Shown here: positions 1-10,101 of the stretch, piece by piece
How positions within the stretch are numbered: the stretch's first letter is position 1
Layout of the letters: each line of letters opens with the position of its first letter
NCBI GenBank assembly: GCA_965199265.1
Contig: CBDAQV010000010.1
Coordinates: 53,345 to 117,344, forward strand
Origin: Alphaproteobacteria bacterium
Lineage (GTDB): Bacteria > Pseudomonadota > Alphaproteobacteria > CALMVH01
Direction of reading: 5' to 3'
Length of the DNA: 64,000 bases
Program-made: the position numbers and the translations under genes
The notes under the pieces: generated by a model
Told to the model about the DNA's origin: nothing
What the model saw: the letters and a program-made list of their open reading frames with translations, nothing else
Database searches by the model: none

Positions 1-315
1 GATCTGCTCGATTTCGCCCCGCGTTACCGGTTGATGATACGCGATGATCGATAATACTTCGGTCGACGCGCGCGTAAGCCGGCGGGGAGCTTGCGTCAGC
101 TTGCCAAGCTGCGCCGCCAGATCCGGCGCCGTGCGGAATACCCAATGTTTCTGGCGTTCCACCAGAACGACGCCGCGTGCCGAGTAGATCCGACGCAGTT
201 GCTCCAGCAACGCGGGAACGTCACGGCCCGGCAGGTAACCGGCCAATTCCTTCTCGGCCAAGGGTTCGGCGCTGGCGAAGATCACCGCTTCGAGCAAGCG
301 CAGATCATCATCCAT
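1..315 (-). CDS. scpB: SMC-Scp complex subunit ScpB (runs off the left edge)
   Basis: Manual translation from ATG 315: MDDDLRLLEAVIFASAEPL...FRTAPDLA...EVLSIIAYHQPVTRGEIEQI; overlaps the scpA stop. Confidence 0.92.
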   Translation of the reverse strand, partial: MDDDLRLLEAVIFASAEPLAEKELAGYLPGRDVPALLEQLRRIYSARGVVLVERQKHWVFRTAPDLAAQLGKLTQAPRRLTRASTEVLSIIAYHQPVTRGEIEQI

Positions 316-1105
316 CGCGCTCTCCGAAAACTTCAGGTTGTGGAATGCCCCTTACGTAGAGAGCCGCGAATGGCCTCTCCTGCTTTATCGTCAGAGTTCC
401 CCTTTTTACCAGCTCCAAGCCGGCACCAAACGTCGCTGCCAAGTGAGCGCGGCGATGCAGAGGCGAGGGAACGTCCGCAGGAATGAAACCGGACAGTGCC
501 GACCAGTGCGGCAGGCAAGAGAGGACGCCCGAAAGCCGTTCCAACGCATGCTCGATCGAATCGAGCATAAGCGGCGCGATCTGATAGAGCGAGACCGGTT
601 CGCTCCGAGCGCGCGCCTTCGCGTAGGCTTCCAGAAAATCATGCATCGACAGGTCGACGGACCCGATGAGCTTCGTTGAAAAGCTTTCCCGCGCGCCGCG
701 GGACAAGACCGAACTGCCGAGACGAGGACGCACCATCAACGCATCGCCGGCATCGCGCATCGCTTCCAGCCGGCGCAGCTGGAACGCAAGCGCAGCAGCC
801 AGTTCTAGGGGAGTCTGCTCGGTTTCACCGTCATTATCGGGCGATGCGGGAAGCAGCAGCCGCGATTTGAGGTAGGCGAGCCATGCCGCCATGACTAGGT
901 AGTCGGCTGCGACTTCGAGTTGCAGATGCCGCGCCTGCTCAATGAACGCGATGTACTGCTCCGCAAGCGTGGCGATGGACAGCTGCGTCAGATCGATCTT
1001 CCTGTCTCGCGCGAGTTGCAGCAACAGGTCAAGCGGACCGCCAAACCCGTCCAGGTCGAGGATCAGCTGCCCATCCGGCGCCTCGGCTGGTAAGCTACTC
1101 CCCAT
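308..1105 (-). CDS. scpA: Segregation and condensation protein A
   Basis: LDGFGGPLDLLLQLAR and AADYLVMAAWLAYLKSRLLLP motifs; adjacent to scpB. Confidence 0.95.
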   Translation of the reverse strand: MGSSLPAEAPDGQLILDLDGFGGPLDLLLQLARDRKIDLTQLSIATLAEQYIAFIEQARHLQLEVAADYLVMAAWLAYLKSRLLLPASPDNDGETEQTPLELAAALAFQLRRLEAMRDAGDALMVRPRLGSSVLSRGARESFSTKLIGSVDLSMHDFLEAYAKARARSEPVSLYQIAPLMLDSIEHALERLSGVLSCLPHWSALSGFIPADVPSPLHRRAHLAATFGAGLELVKRGTLTIKQERPFAALYVRGIPQPEVFGERDG

Positions 1106-2231
1106 AGCCGGGAATCAGCTCGCGCAGCCGGGCGCGTTTGGCGAAAGCGACTTCGGGCATTAAATGGCGGGACAACGCGAAAGGCAGCATGGCCGCTTCG
1201 GCCAGGCGCGCGTAGGTTGCCGGTGTGATTCGCGTGATTGCCGGCGCGATCAGCTCCATTTCATCCAGCTTGCCGCTACAATGAAGCGTCAGGTCGTTAC
1301 CCGCCGCCAGAGTGGCTTCGGCTCGTTCGCGAAGCCCTCCGCTCAGCGCATGCATGCCGATATCATCCGCGATCAGTACGCCCGGAAATCCCATGCCGAT
1401 GCGGATAACGTCCTCGATCACGGTGCGCGAAGTGGAAGCAGGCTGCTCCGCGTCTATGTCGGAATATTTGACATGCGCCACCATTGCCCAGGGTAGTCCG
1501 GCGTTTCCTGGATGCGCCAGCTTCCAGAACGGGTGAAAGTCGGTTTTGATCAGTTCGGCTCGGGATGTCGTGACGTTGGGCAGGTCTGCATGGCTGTCCA
1601 CCGGCGCCCGGCCGTGGCCCGGAATGTGCTTGATGACCGGGACCACGCCGCCGATCTGCAGGCCGAAGCATACCTGCGTTGCCAGCTGCGCAACGAGTTC
1701 GGGATCGCTGTCGAAAGCCCTGTCTCCCACGACGCCGTGCGCGTCGGGGAAGTACAAGTCCGCGACGGGGGCACAGTTCACCGTGACCCCCAGCGAAGCC
1801 AATTCGTAGGCGATCAGGCTGGCGTTCAGCATTGCCGCTTCCAGCGCCGGGCTAAGCTCGCCGGCATCGGGACCTGCCTGCAGCGCCAAGCCATGGGCCC
1901 GGTCGGCCCGGAGCATGTCACCGAACACCCGCATCGGTGGAAATTTGGGCCAGTGCGGCGGTTTCAAACGCGCAACGCGCCCCCCTTCCTGGTCTATCAG
2001 GATAGGTGCATCGTCACGCCCGACGCTGTCGCGCAAAGCACGGGTTAGTGCACGCACCTGATCGGGAGTTTCACAGTTGCGCTGGAACAGGATGAAACCG
2101 AGCGGATCGAGTTCGCGGAAGAAGCGCTGCTCGGCGTTTGTCAGCACGGTTCCGGAACAGCCGAGTATGACCGCAAGCGGCAAGGAAGCCGCGCTGGGAT
2201 AGTCAGCGCGAGACTGCGATGCAGGAGACAT
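1095..2231 (-). CDS. nagZ: Beta-N-acetylhexosaminidase (GH3)
   Basis: IDQEGGRVARL and KHIPGHG...DSH motifs; conserved context. Confidence 0.95.
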   Translation of the reverse strand: MSPASQSRADYPSAASLPLAVILGCSGTVLTNAEQRFFRELDPLGFILFQRNCETPDQVRALTRALRDSVGRDDAPILIDQEGGRVARLKPPHWPKFPPMRVFGDMLRADRAHGLALQAGPDAGELSPALEAAMLNASLIAYELASLGVTVNCAPVADLYFPDAHGVVGDRAFDSDPELVAQLATQVCFGLQIGGVVPVIKHIPGHGRAPVDSHADLPNVTTSRAELIKTDFHPFWKLAHPGNAGLPWAMVAHVKYSDIDAEQPASTSRTVIEDVIRIGMGFPGVLIADDIGMHALSGGLRERAEATLAAGNDLTLHCSGKLDEMELIAPAITRITPATYARLAEAAMLPFALSRHLMPEVAFAKRARLRELIPGYGE

Positions 2232-3192
2232 TGGCTGCCTTTAATGTTGCACAGGTTTGCTTGGCGATGTCGGGCCCGAGCGGCCCGGCCTTCAGCCTGA
2301 ACCATATCCCCTTGTCACCAAGGTCTACACGCTGGATCGACGGCGACAGGGGGCTCAGCTGGTCGGCGTGACGCGCTTGCAGCCGTTTCCATTCGCCGTT
2401 CGCGCTCGCCTCGTCCCTGAAGGCACCGAGCTGGATCATGCCGCCGCCAGCGCCTGTGTTGACGGGCTTGGCCTTTTGCGGGATCGCTTTGGAGGCCTGT
2501 TTCGACGGGGAAGGTGCAATCGCCGCCTCAGGATTGCTCCCGTCACGATCCTGCCCGTTCGCTGCCTGGCTTTCCGGTGCCGGCGGAAGCGGGAGCTTGT
2601 TGGCCGGGATCGCTGATGGGTTGTGAGCTGTGACAGGCGCAAGCGCGGAGGGATTGTCGCTCGTCGAGGTTTCGACGTCGCCAGGGGGGGAGTCCGCGTC
2701 CGAGGATGTGCCGGGTACGCGCGCTGCCGGCGCATCAGCATCGAAGGTACTCCTGGCCGCCTCCGCTGCCGGCGGCTGAGGCTTGGGCAGCGGCTGCTCG
2801 GGGGGTTGCAGCAAATGTTCGACCTCGCTGGACGCACGCCGTCCCTTGTGCTGCGTCAACTCATCATAGACAGTAGTGTCCTGGAATGGAATCTCCGTTC
2901 CCCCTGGGTTGTCCGGCTTGACCTTGACCGGACCAGGCTCCGCGGCAATCACCGGCAGCTGCCCCGATGCGCCGATAGGATGGCGCCGATAGGCGATCAT
3001 GACAAAAGCGGTGAACAGGACCAGCGCGCAGCCGACAAGAAAAGTCGGGATCAGCGATCGGCGTCCGCGGCGTGTCGGCATGGGCGAGGACCTCTGTGTC
3101 TCTTCGAAATAAGGTTCGTGCCGTTTCCTGTAAGGGCCAGCGCCAAACGGTGGCTCTTGCCGGTGATCGTCGTCGAACGGATTGCCTGTCAT
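2203..3192 (-). CDS. SPOR-domain membrane protein (FtsN-like)
   Basis: One TM helix, Pro/Ala-rich linker, C-terminal SPOR (IQLGAF...WFRLKAGP...C...C); usual position upstream of nagZ. Confidence 0.85.
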   Translation of the reverse strand: MTGNPFDDDHRQEPPFGAGPYRKRHEPYFEETQRSSPMPTRRGRRSLIPTFLVGCALVLFTAFVMIAYRRHPIGASGQLPVIAAEPGPVKVKPDNPGGTEIPFQDTTVYDELTQHKGRRASSEVEHLLQPPEQPLPKPQPPAAEAARSTFDADAPAARVPGTSSDADSPPGDVETSTSDNPSALAPVTAHNPSAIPANKLPLPPAPESQAANGQDRDGSNPEAAIAPSPSKQASKAIPQKAKPVNTGAGGGMIQLGAFRDEASANGEWKRLQARHADQLSPLSPSIQRVDLGDKGIWFRLKAGPLGPDIAKQTCATLKAANVSCIAVSR

Positions 3193-3935
3193 CCTGGCTC
3201 GTGGGAAAGGACGAGGGCGGTCGCCCTGACAAGCGCCAGACGGGCGCGCGACAGCTCACGGTCCGCAGGGGCGATGAAGCCGAGCATCGAATTGTCTCGC
3301 CGCGATGCCCAAACCGCGCGGAAAGCGGTCGCCACATCCTGCAAGTACTTAGCAATCTGCCGATCTTGGCCGTTGGCAAGCGCATAAGGCCAGCCGGCGA
3401 GAGTTTTCATCAATGCGGCGTCCGGCTGACCGTCGATCCGGGCCAGCTTTGCACCGGCGAGAGCATTGTCGTGCAAATCTTCACCTGACTTGGCGGCATG
3501 CCCGAGGACGGAGCAGCACAGCGCCAGCACGTGCGACAGGTTGAACACCGGATCGGTCGCCGACCAGTCGGTCGCGGCGGCGTGATCGACATGCCCGCAT
3601 ACATCCCGGTCACCCCCGCCATGCAGGATGCCGGCGATGGCGCGATGCCAGACAACCGGTTTCAGGCGCAGGTTGACGAAGCCGTTCTCGGCCGCGTCGG
3701 CGTGCAGCACATCGGGCAGGGCAATGAAGTGACGGGCCAGGGTTTTTGCCAGCGTGGGCGCATCCACCCTGCCGGCGGCGACCAGTGCGGCGTTGGTGGA
3801 CATATCCCCATGCCTTGGGTCGCGTGCCGGCTCGACGCTGAGACGCCCGAAGTCCACTGCGTCGAGGTCGCCGGCGGAAACCATCCGCTCCAGCTCGAAC
3901 CGCATCAGGTGTTCATAGGTCTCGTAAAGGTTCAT
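3189..3935 (-). CDS. ArgRS-derived protein: N-terminal domain fused to the DALR anticodon-binding domain, catalytic domain absent (possibly a pseudogene)
   Basis: VEPARDPRHGDMSTNAALV and GFVNLRL (ArgRS N-domain); DPVF...CCSVL and RARLALVRA (DALR); no HIGH or KMSKS; 248 aa; ATGA overlaps at both ends. Confidence 0.8.
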   Translation of the reverse strand: MNLYETYEHLMRFELERMVSAGDLDAVDFGRLSVEPARDPRHGDMSTNAALVAAGRVDAPTLAKTLARHFIALPDVLHADAAENGFVNLRLKPVVWHRAIAGILHGGGDRDVCGHVDHAAATDWSATDPVFNLSHVLALCCSVLGHAAKSGEDLHDNALAGAKLARIDGQPDAALMKTLAGWPYALANGQDRQIAKYLQDVATAFRAVWASRRDNSMLGFIAPADRELSRARLALVRATALVLSHEPG

Positions 3936-5125
3936 GGGGTCGGGCTGCGCAGGTCGAAAAGGCGGTTGTGTTCGGTCAGGGCATAACGGTCGGTCATGCC
4001 GGCGATGTAGTCGGCGATCAGCCGGGCTTGCTCTGCCTTGTTTCCCGAAGGTGAACGCCAGTCGGGTGGAAGGGTTTCCGGCTCGGCAATGAAAATCTCG
4101 AACAGGTCGCGCACGACCCGCCTCGCCTTGCTGGTCATCCGGTTTACCTGATAATGCCGGTACAGGTGTTCCCACAGGAAGGCGCGCAACTGCTTTTCCG
4201 CCGGTTGGAACCCTTCCGAGAAGGCGACCACGGGCGCACCCGCGTTGCGGATGTCATCCGCGCTTTGCGGGTTCAGGGCCGCAAGCCGTCTGCGGGTCTC
4301 GTCCAGCACATCCAGAACCATATGGTTGATGGTCGAGCGGATCAGCTCGTGGATCAGGCGCGAGCGGTCGAGGACAGGGCCTTTCCGCACGTCGACCGAG
4401 CGCAGCGCGTCGCCGACGATCGGCAATCCGCGGAGCTGGTCGATGGTGAACGCTCCGGCGCGAAGCCCGTCGTCTAGATCGTGATTGTTGTAGGCGATGT
4501 CGTCGGCCAACGCCGCGATTTGCGCTTCGGCCGAGGCATGGCTGGCAAGCTCCAGATCGTACTGGCGGCTGAACGCTTCGGTCGTCAGGCCCAGTTTCTT
4601 GCCGTGAGTGACCGGCACCGCCGGGCCATTGTGTTTGACCAGGCCTTCCAGCGTCTCCCAGGTCAGGTTCAGACCGTCGAAATCGGCATACCGGCACTCG
4701 AGACGGGTGACAATCCGCAAGGCTTGGTCGTTGTGATCGAAGCCGCCATATTCGGCCATGCAGGCCCGCAACGCGTCCTCGCCGGCGTGGCCGAAGCATG
4801 TATGGCCAAGGTCGTGCGCCAAAGCCAGCGCCTCGCCAAGATCCTCGTTCAGTCCCAGCACGCGGCAGATCGAGCGCGCGATCTGAGCCACCTCGATGCT
4901 ATGCGTCAACCGGGTGCGGTAGTAGTCTCCTTCGTGGTAGACGAAGACCTGTGTCTTGTACTGCAGTTTCCGGAAAGCGCCCGAATGGATGATCCGGTCG
5001 CGGTCGCGCTGGAACACAGTGCGAGTCGGAGCCTCGCTCTCGGCGAACTGCCGCCCGCGCGAGCGCGCCGGATCGCAGGCGAACGACGCCTGCTGGGGCG
5101 GGAACGGCTCTGATGCATTCGGCAT
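3932..5125 (-). CDS. dgt: dGTP triphosphohydrolase
   Basis: FQRDRDRIIHS, RTRLTHS, HDLGH, ADDIAY, DYIAGMTD. Confidence 0.95.
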   Translation of the reverse strand: MPNASEPFPPQQASFACDPARSRGRQFAESEAPTRTVFQRDRDRIIHSGAFRKLQYKTQVFVYHEGDYYRTRLTHSIEVAQIARSICRVLGLNEDLGEALALAHDLGHTCFGHAGEDALRACMAEYGGFDHNDQALRIVTRLECRYADFDGLNLTWETLEGLVKHNGPAVPVTHGKKLGLTTEAFSRQYDLELASHASAEAQIAALADDIAYNNHDLDDGLRAGAFTIDQLRGLPIVGDALRSVDVRKGPVLDRSRLIHELIRSTINHMVLDVLDETRRRLAALNPQSADDIRNAGAPVVAFSEGFQPAEKQLRAFLWEHLYRHYQVNRMTSKARRVVRDLFEIFIAEPETLPPDWRSPSGNKAEQARLIADYIAGMTDRYALTEHNRLFDLRSPTP

Positions 5126-5205
5126 GACGTTGAGTCTACGATTTGTTTGCCGGTTTGATCCAGAGCTATTCCACGCTATATTACAGCGAACAGGAGACTT
5201 CCGAC

Positions 5206-5556
5206 ATGAACGAGATCACGAAAATCGATACCGGCGTAAGTTTGAGCGAAAGCGCGTCGCGCCGCATCAGGGCGCTGCAGGCAAAGGCAGGCGACTCCAG
5301 GAAACTGCGCGTGTCCGTGCTGGGCGGGGGTTGCCAGGGTTACAAGTACAAGTTCGACTTCGTGGAGCAGTCGAACGCCGACGACAAGGTGTTCGAGCGC
5401 GACGGCGCCGAACTCGTGGTCGACGATGTCTCGATGGACCTGCTGACCGGGGCGGAAGTCAATTTTGTCGAAAGCCTGATGGGATCGTATTTCGAGATCC
5501 GCAATCCGAACGCCTCTTCCACCTGCGGCTGCGGCACGAGCTTTTCGGCGAAGTAA
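5206..5556 (+). CDS. erpA: Fe-S cluster insertion protein (ErpA/IscA family)
   Basis: GGGCQG and CGCGTSF; ATG 5206 follows a GGAG RBS. Confidence 0.88.
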   Translation: MNEITKIDTGVSLSESASRRIRALQAKAGDSRKLRVSVLGGGCQGYKYKFDFVEQSNADDKVFERDGAELVVDDVSMDLLTGAEVNFVESLMGSYFEIRNPNASSTCGCGTSFSAK

Positions 5557-5559
5557 GGG

Positions 5560-6321
5560 GTGAAGATCGCGACCTGGAATGTCAACTCCATCCGGGCGCG
5601 GCTGGGGATCGTGGTCGATTGGCTGCGCGACGCCGGGCCTGATGTCCTGCTGTTGCAGGAGATAAAAACGCTCGAGTTTCCCGAGCTGGATTTTTCGGGA
5701 CTCGGTTACCAGACGGTCTATGTCGGGCAAAAAAGCTACAACGGCGTTGCCATCCTGTCGCGCGAGCCGGTCACCGATCTGGTGACGGCGCTGCCCGGAG
5801 ATCCGCAGGACGACCATTCGCGCTATATCGAGGGTACTGTGCGCGGCGTTCGCGTCGCCTCCATCTACCTGCCCAACGGCAATCCCGTCGATTCGCTCAA
5901 GTTTCCCTATAAGCTGGCGTGGATGGAGCGCCTGCGCGCTCACGCCGCCATGCTTCTGGAAACCGAGATGCCGGTCGTGCTGGGCGGCGACTACAATGTG
6001 ATTCCCGAGCCGGAAGATTGTCATAACCCTGCATCGTGGGAAGGCGACGCGCTATACCGCCTTGAAACCCGGCAATTGTTCCGTTCTATCAAGCACCTTG
6101 GCTATACAGACGCGTTCCGCGCCGTGAATCGCAAGCCCGGGCAGTACAGCTTCTGGGATTACTTCGGAAGCTGGGAACGGGACCATGGCATCCGCATCGA
6201 CCACCTGCTCCTTTCACCCGAAGCTGCGGACCGGCTGGAGACTTGCACCATCGACAAGGCCCCGCGCGGCCGGGAGAAGCCGTCCGATCACACGCCGGTC
6301 ATCGTCACGCTTTCCTCCTAG
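5560..6321 (+). CDS. xth: Exodeoxyribonuclease III
   Basis: KIATWNVNS, LQEIK, GDYN, RIDH, SDH. Confidence 0.95.
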   Translation: MKIATWNVNSIRARLGIVVDWLRDAGPDVLLLQEIKTLEFPELDFSGLGYQTVYVGQKSYNGVAILSREPVTDLVTALPGDPQDDHSRYIEGTVRGVRVASIYLPNGNPVDSLKFPYKLAWMERLRAHAAMLLETEMPVVLGGDYNVIPEPEDCHNPASWEGDALYRLETRQLFRSIKHLGYTDAFRAVNRKPGQYSFWDYFGSWERDHGIRIDHLLLSPEAADRLETCTIDKAPRGREKPSDHTPVIVTLSS

Positions 6322-6367
6322 CCTGATTTTCGGTACCTCAGGCGCGTAACACTGATGGACGGCGTGA

Positions 6368-7639
6368 ATGCTCGATCTTCGCTGGATTCGTGACGAACCC
6401 TACGCCTTCGACAGAGAAATGGCGCGGAGAGGCTTGTCCGCACAATCCCCTTCCATCCTGGAGCTGGACCGTGGCCGCCGCAGCCTGCAAACCGAGATTC
6501 AGGAACTGCAGGCGGAACGCAACGCCGCCTCGAAGGAGATCGGCGCGGCGAAGCAGCAGGGCAGGGACGCGGGCGAGGTCATGGCGCGCGTCAGCGCCCT
6601 CAAGGATCGGCTTACATCGCTGGAAGCGGAAGAAAAACTGGTCGCCGAACAGCTGGACACGATCCTTGCCGCGCTGCCGAGCGTCATGGACCCTGCCATC
6701 CCCGAAGGTCCCGACGATGACTCCAACCTCGAGGTTCGCCGTGTAGGGGCGATCAGGCCGATGGCCGCCCCCAAGGACCACGCCGCCCTGGGCGAAGCGC
6801 TAGGCCTGATGGATTTCGAAACAGCAAGCCGCATGTCGGGCGCCCGGTTCACGATCCTGAGCGGCGGGCTGGCGAAGCTGGAGCGGGCGCTTGGACAGTT
6901 CATGCTGGATGTCGCCACGAACGAGCACGGCTACCAGGAGTGTTCCGTGCCGCTCATGGTCCGCGACAGCGCGGCTTTCGGCACCGGGCAACTGCCCAAG
7001 TTCACCGAGGATCTTTTCCGCACCACCGACGGAAGATGGCTGATCTCGACATCCGAGATGTCGCTGACCAACATTGTTGCCGAGCGCATTATCGATGCAA
7101 AAACGCTTCCTATCCGGCTATCGGCGCTGACTCCGTGCTTCCGCTCCGAAGCCGGATCGGCGGGGCGGGATACCAGGGGCATGATCCGGCAGCATCAGTT
7201 TTGGAAAGTCGAGATGGTGTCTATTACAGAGCCGGCGCGCTCGGACGCAGAGCTGGAACGAATGACGGGCCATGCCGAAACGGTGCTGAAGCGCCTCGAT
7301 CTGCCATTCCGTACGGTGCTGAAATGCACGGGTGAAACCGGGTTCACTGCGCGAAGGACCTATGACCTTGAGGTCTGGTTGCCGGCGCAGCACACATACC
7401 GCGAGATTTCCAGCTGCTCGAACTGCGGCGATTTCCAAGCCCGGCGGATGAAGACGCGTTTTCGCTCGGAAGGCGAGAAGGACATGCAGTTCGTCCACAC
7501 GCTGAACGGATCGGGCGTCGCGGTCGGGCGGGCGCTGGTCGCGGTGATGGAAAACTACCAGAACCCCGATGGCTCGATCAGCGTGCCCGACGTGCTCAGG
7601 CCTTACATGGGAGGGATCGGAAGAATTGAAAGCCACTGA
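6368..7639 (+). CDS. serS: Serine--tRNA ligase
   Basis: N-terminal coiled coil; [29 protein letters not shown]. Confidence 0.97.
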   Translation: MLDLRWIRDEPYAFDREMARRGLSAQSPSILELDRGRRSLQTEIQELQAERNAASKEIGAAKQQGRDAGEVMARVSALKDRLTSLEAEEKLVAEQLDTILAALPSVMDPAIPEGPDDDSNLEVRRVGAIRPMAAPKDHAALGEALGLMDFETASRMSGARFTILSGGLAKLERALGQFMLDVATNEHGYQECSVPLMVRDSAAFGTGQLPKFTEDLFRTTDGRWLISTSEMSLTNIVAERIIDAKTLPIRLSALTPCFRSEAGSAGRDTRGMIRQHQFWKVEMVSITEPARSDAELERMTGHAETVLKRLDLPFRTVLKCTGETGFTARRTYDLEVWLPAQHTYREISSCSNCGDFQARRMKTRFRSEGEKDMQFVHTLNGSGVAVGRALVAVMENYQNPDGSISVPDVLRPYMGGIGRIESH

Positions 7640-8432
7640 CATCTCGGGCGCGGACCTCTCGCGGTTTTGCATCCTGATCACCAACGATGACGGGATCAGC
7701 GCAAGCGGCCTGAGCGAACTCGAGGCCATTGCGCGGACGATCACGGGCGACGTATGGGTTTGCGCTCCGGACATCGAGCGTTCGGCATGCGGGCACTCGG
7801 TGACAATCCATGATCCGCTGCGCCTTTCGCAGCATGGCGACCGCCGCTTTTCGACCAGCGGCACACCGGCAGATTGCGTGTTCATCGGCGTTCATCACCT
7901 GCTGAAAGGCCGTAAGCCCGACCTGGTGCTGTCCGGGATCAATCGCGGGCTGAACCTTGGCACGCATGTAAGCTACTCCGGAACGGTTGCCGCGGCGCGC
8001 GAGGCGACCGTGCTCGGCGTTCCTGCCATAGCTTTCAGCCAGGAGCTGCGCGACTGGTCCGCAGGCGCGCGCTGGGATGTGGCCCGCCGTTTCCTGCCGG
8101 ACATAGTGCGTAGGCTGGTTTTACATGGTTTCAGCCCTGGCATCCTGTACAACGTGAATTTTCCCGACGTGGATCCGGAGGAAGCGACAGGACCCCATGT
8201 CGCGCCACTGGGCGTTTACGACCTCGAGCAGGATTTGCAGGTGCGCCGCGATCCGCGTGGCCGGGACTACTTCTGGGTCGGTGCGAACTTCAAAACGCGA
8301 AACGCCACACCCGGAACCGACATAGCCATTCTGGCTGAAGGCGGGATCACGGTCACTCCGCTCAGTCTGGACTCGACTGATCAGTCCGCACTGCGAAGCG
8401 CTCGAACTGTGTTTGCCGAAGCGGGTTCATGA
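7626..8432 (+). CDS. surE: 5'/3'-nucleotidase SurE (start uncertain)
   Basis: [33 protein letters not shown]. Confidence 0.95.
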   Translation: MKATDISGADLSRFCILITNDDGISASGLSELEAIARTITGDVWVCAPDIERSACGHSVTIHDPLRLSQHGDRRFSTSGTPADCVFIGVHHLLKGRKPDLVLSGINRGLNLGTHVSYSGTVAAAREATVLGVPAIAFSQELRDWSAGARWDVARRFLPDIVRRLVLHGFSPGILYNVNFPDVDPEEATGPHVAPLGVYDLEQDLQVRRDPRGRDYFWVGANFKTRNATPGTDIAILAEGGITVTPLSLDSTDQSALRSARTVFAEAGS

Positions 8433-9067
8433 CAATCGAGGCGCGCAAGATCAGGATGGTCATGCACCTGCGCCGTTCGGGCATCCAGGATATGGATGTA
8501 CTCAGCGCGATCGAGCGTATCCCGCGCGAACGCTTCGTGCCCGAGGCCTTCCTGGACAAGGCTTACGACGACACGGCGTTGCCTATTGGCATGGGACAGA
8601 CGATTAGCCAGCCGCTGGTGGTTGCAACCATGACCGAAGCCCTGAGGCTGGCCAGGACCATGAAGGTCCTCGAGATCGGGACAGGGTCGGGTTACCAGAC
8701 CGCGATCCTCGCCATGCTGTCGCGTCGCGTGTACACGGTGGAGCTGTTGCGGGAACTGCAGGTCGAGGCTGAAAACATCCTTCATGAACTTCGGCTCACC
8801 AACGTGACGGCCAAGGTTGGAAACGGAATGAAAGGCTGGATCGAGCAGGCGCCGTTCGACCGGATCATCGTCACCGCCGCGGCGATGCGCGAGCCGCCGC
8901 CGGTGCTGCTTGAGCAACTCGGCCCGGGCGGAATCATGATCGCGCCCATTGCGCAGGACGCGATCAACCAGGTAGTGGCCGAGTTCACCCGCACTGAAAC
9001 CGGCATCGAGCGCAGGGATCTGTTTCCCGTTCGCTTCGTGCCGCTCGTCCCGGAGAAGCAGTCTTGA
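8429..9067 (+). CDS. pcm: Protein-L-isoaspartate O-methyltransferase
   Basis: GQTISQP, VLEIGTGSGYQ, APFDRIIVTAA; follows surE. Confidence 0.95.
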   Translation: MTIEARKIRMVMHLRRSGIQDMDVLSAIERIPRERFVPEAFLDKAYDDTALPIGMGQTISQPLVVATMTEALRLARTMKVLEIGTGSGYQTAILAMLSRRVYTVELLRELQVEAENILHELRLTNVTAKVGNGMKGWIEQAPFDRIIVTAAAMREPPPVLLEQLGPGGIMIAPIAQDAINQVVAEFTRTETGIERRDLFPVRFVPLVPEKQS

Positions 9068-10038
9068 AACTACGTGCCCTCGTTTTGCTGCTTCCTCTGA
9101 TGGCGGGGGCCTGCGCCGGCCACCCGGATCGCGGGACGGCACTGGGCGGCATGCAGACCGTGTCGGTGCATCCCGGCGAGACCGTATACCAAGTCGCGCA
9201 GCGCGTCGGCGTTCCCGTGCGCGACATGATCGACGCCAACCATTTGTCGCCGCCTTATTATTTGGCCGCAGGGCAAACTTTGGTCGTGCCCGTGCCGCAT
9301 ATCTACGTGGTGCAGAAGGGCGACTGGCTATCCACCATCGCCAACCGCTTCAATGTCAGCCAGAACAGCATTGCGCGCCTCAATCAACTTTCGCCACCCT
9401 ACAAGCTGCAAGTCGGCCAGCAACTCCAACTGCCCAACTTTCATGGCGAAGACGTCGATACCGGTACCCTGAACGCGGCAGGTGCCGCCTCCGCAAGCGA
9501 GGGTGTTCCGCCGCCGCCGCCCCGCGAAGCCGTGGAGACGGCGCCGCTTGGGCCGCCTTCCGCCATGGCGAAACCGGGGATGACGGACCGGTCTTCGCCG
9601 GCGGCGTTGGCGCCGCCGACCACGGTGGCGGCTCTCCCTATGGAAGAAGCGGCTCTACCGGCCAGCGGTTTCATGTGGCCCGTGCGCGGCGAGGTGGTTT
9701 CAACCTTCGGCGCGAAACCGGGCGGTCTGCACAACGACGGAATCAATATCGCCGCCGCCGAAGGCACGCCGGTGCACAGCGCCGCGGCAGGCACGGTCGC
9801 CTATGCCGGCAACGACCTCAAGGGCTTCGGCAATCTGATCCTGATCCGCCACGCCGATGGCTGGGTGACGGCCTATGCGCATCTGGCTTCGATGAACGTG
9901 GCGAAGGGCGCGACCGTAAAAGCCGGGCAGACCATCGGCGCGGTGGGCCAGACCGGATCGGTCGACAGCCCGCAACTGCATTTCGAGCTGCGTCACGGCA
10001 AGGACGCGGTGGACCCGACCACGAAGCTGAGCACCTAA
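9064..10038 (+). CDS. nlpD: LysM + M23 peptidase-domain lipoprotein (NlpD/DipM-like)
   Basis: Lipobox-like AGAC, two LysM domains, M23 (HNDGINI, YAH, LHFE). Confidence 0.85.
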   Translation: MKLRALVLLLPLMAGACAGHPDRGTALGGMQTVSVHPGETVYQVAQRVGVPVRDMIDANHLSPPYYLAAGQTLVVPVPHIYVVQKGDWLSTIANRFNVSQNSIARLNQLSPPYKLQVGQQLQLPNFHGEDVDTGTLNAAGAASASEGVPPPPPREAVETAPLGPPSAMAKPGMTDRSSPAALAPPTTVAALPMEEAALPASGFMWPVRGEVVSTFGAKPGGLHNDGINIAAAEGTPVHSAAAGTVAYAGNDLKGFGNLILIRHADGWVTAYAHLASMNVAKGATVKAGQTIGAVGQTGSVDSPQLHFELRHGKDAVDPTTKLST

Positions 10039-10101
10039 AGATACCAGTTCGCTTTGCTCACGGTAATGAAAGTGGTCCCAATAAGCTGAAGGGAGCATAA
10101 G

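Noticed and set aside
3936-4175. N-terminal extension of the ArgS-like ORF in the ORF track
   Set aside because: It lies inside dgt; similarity starts at ATG 3935, which has an ATGA overlap
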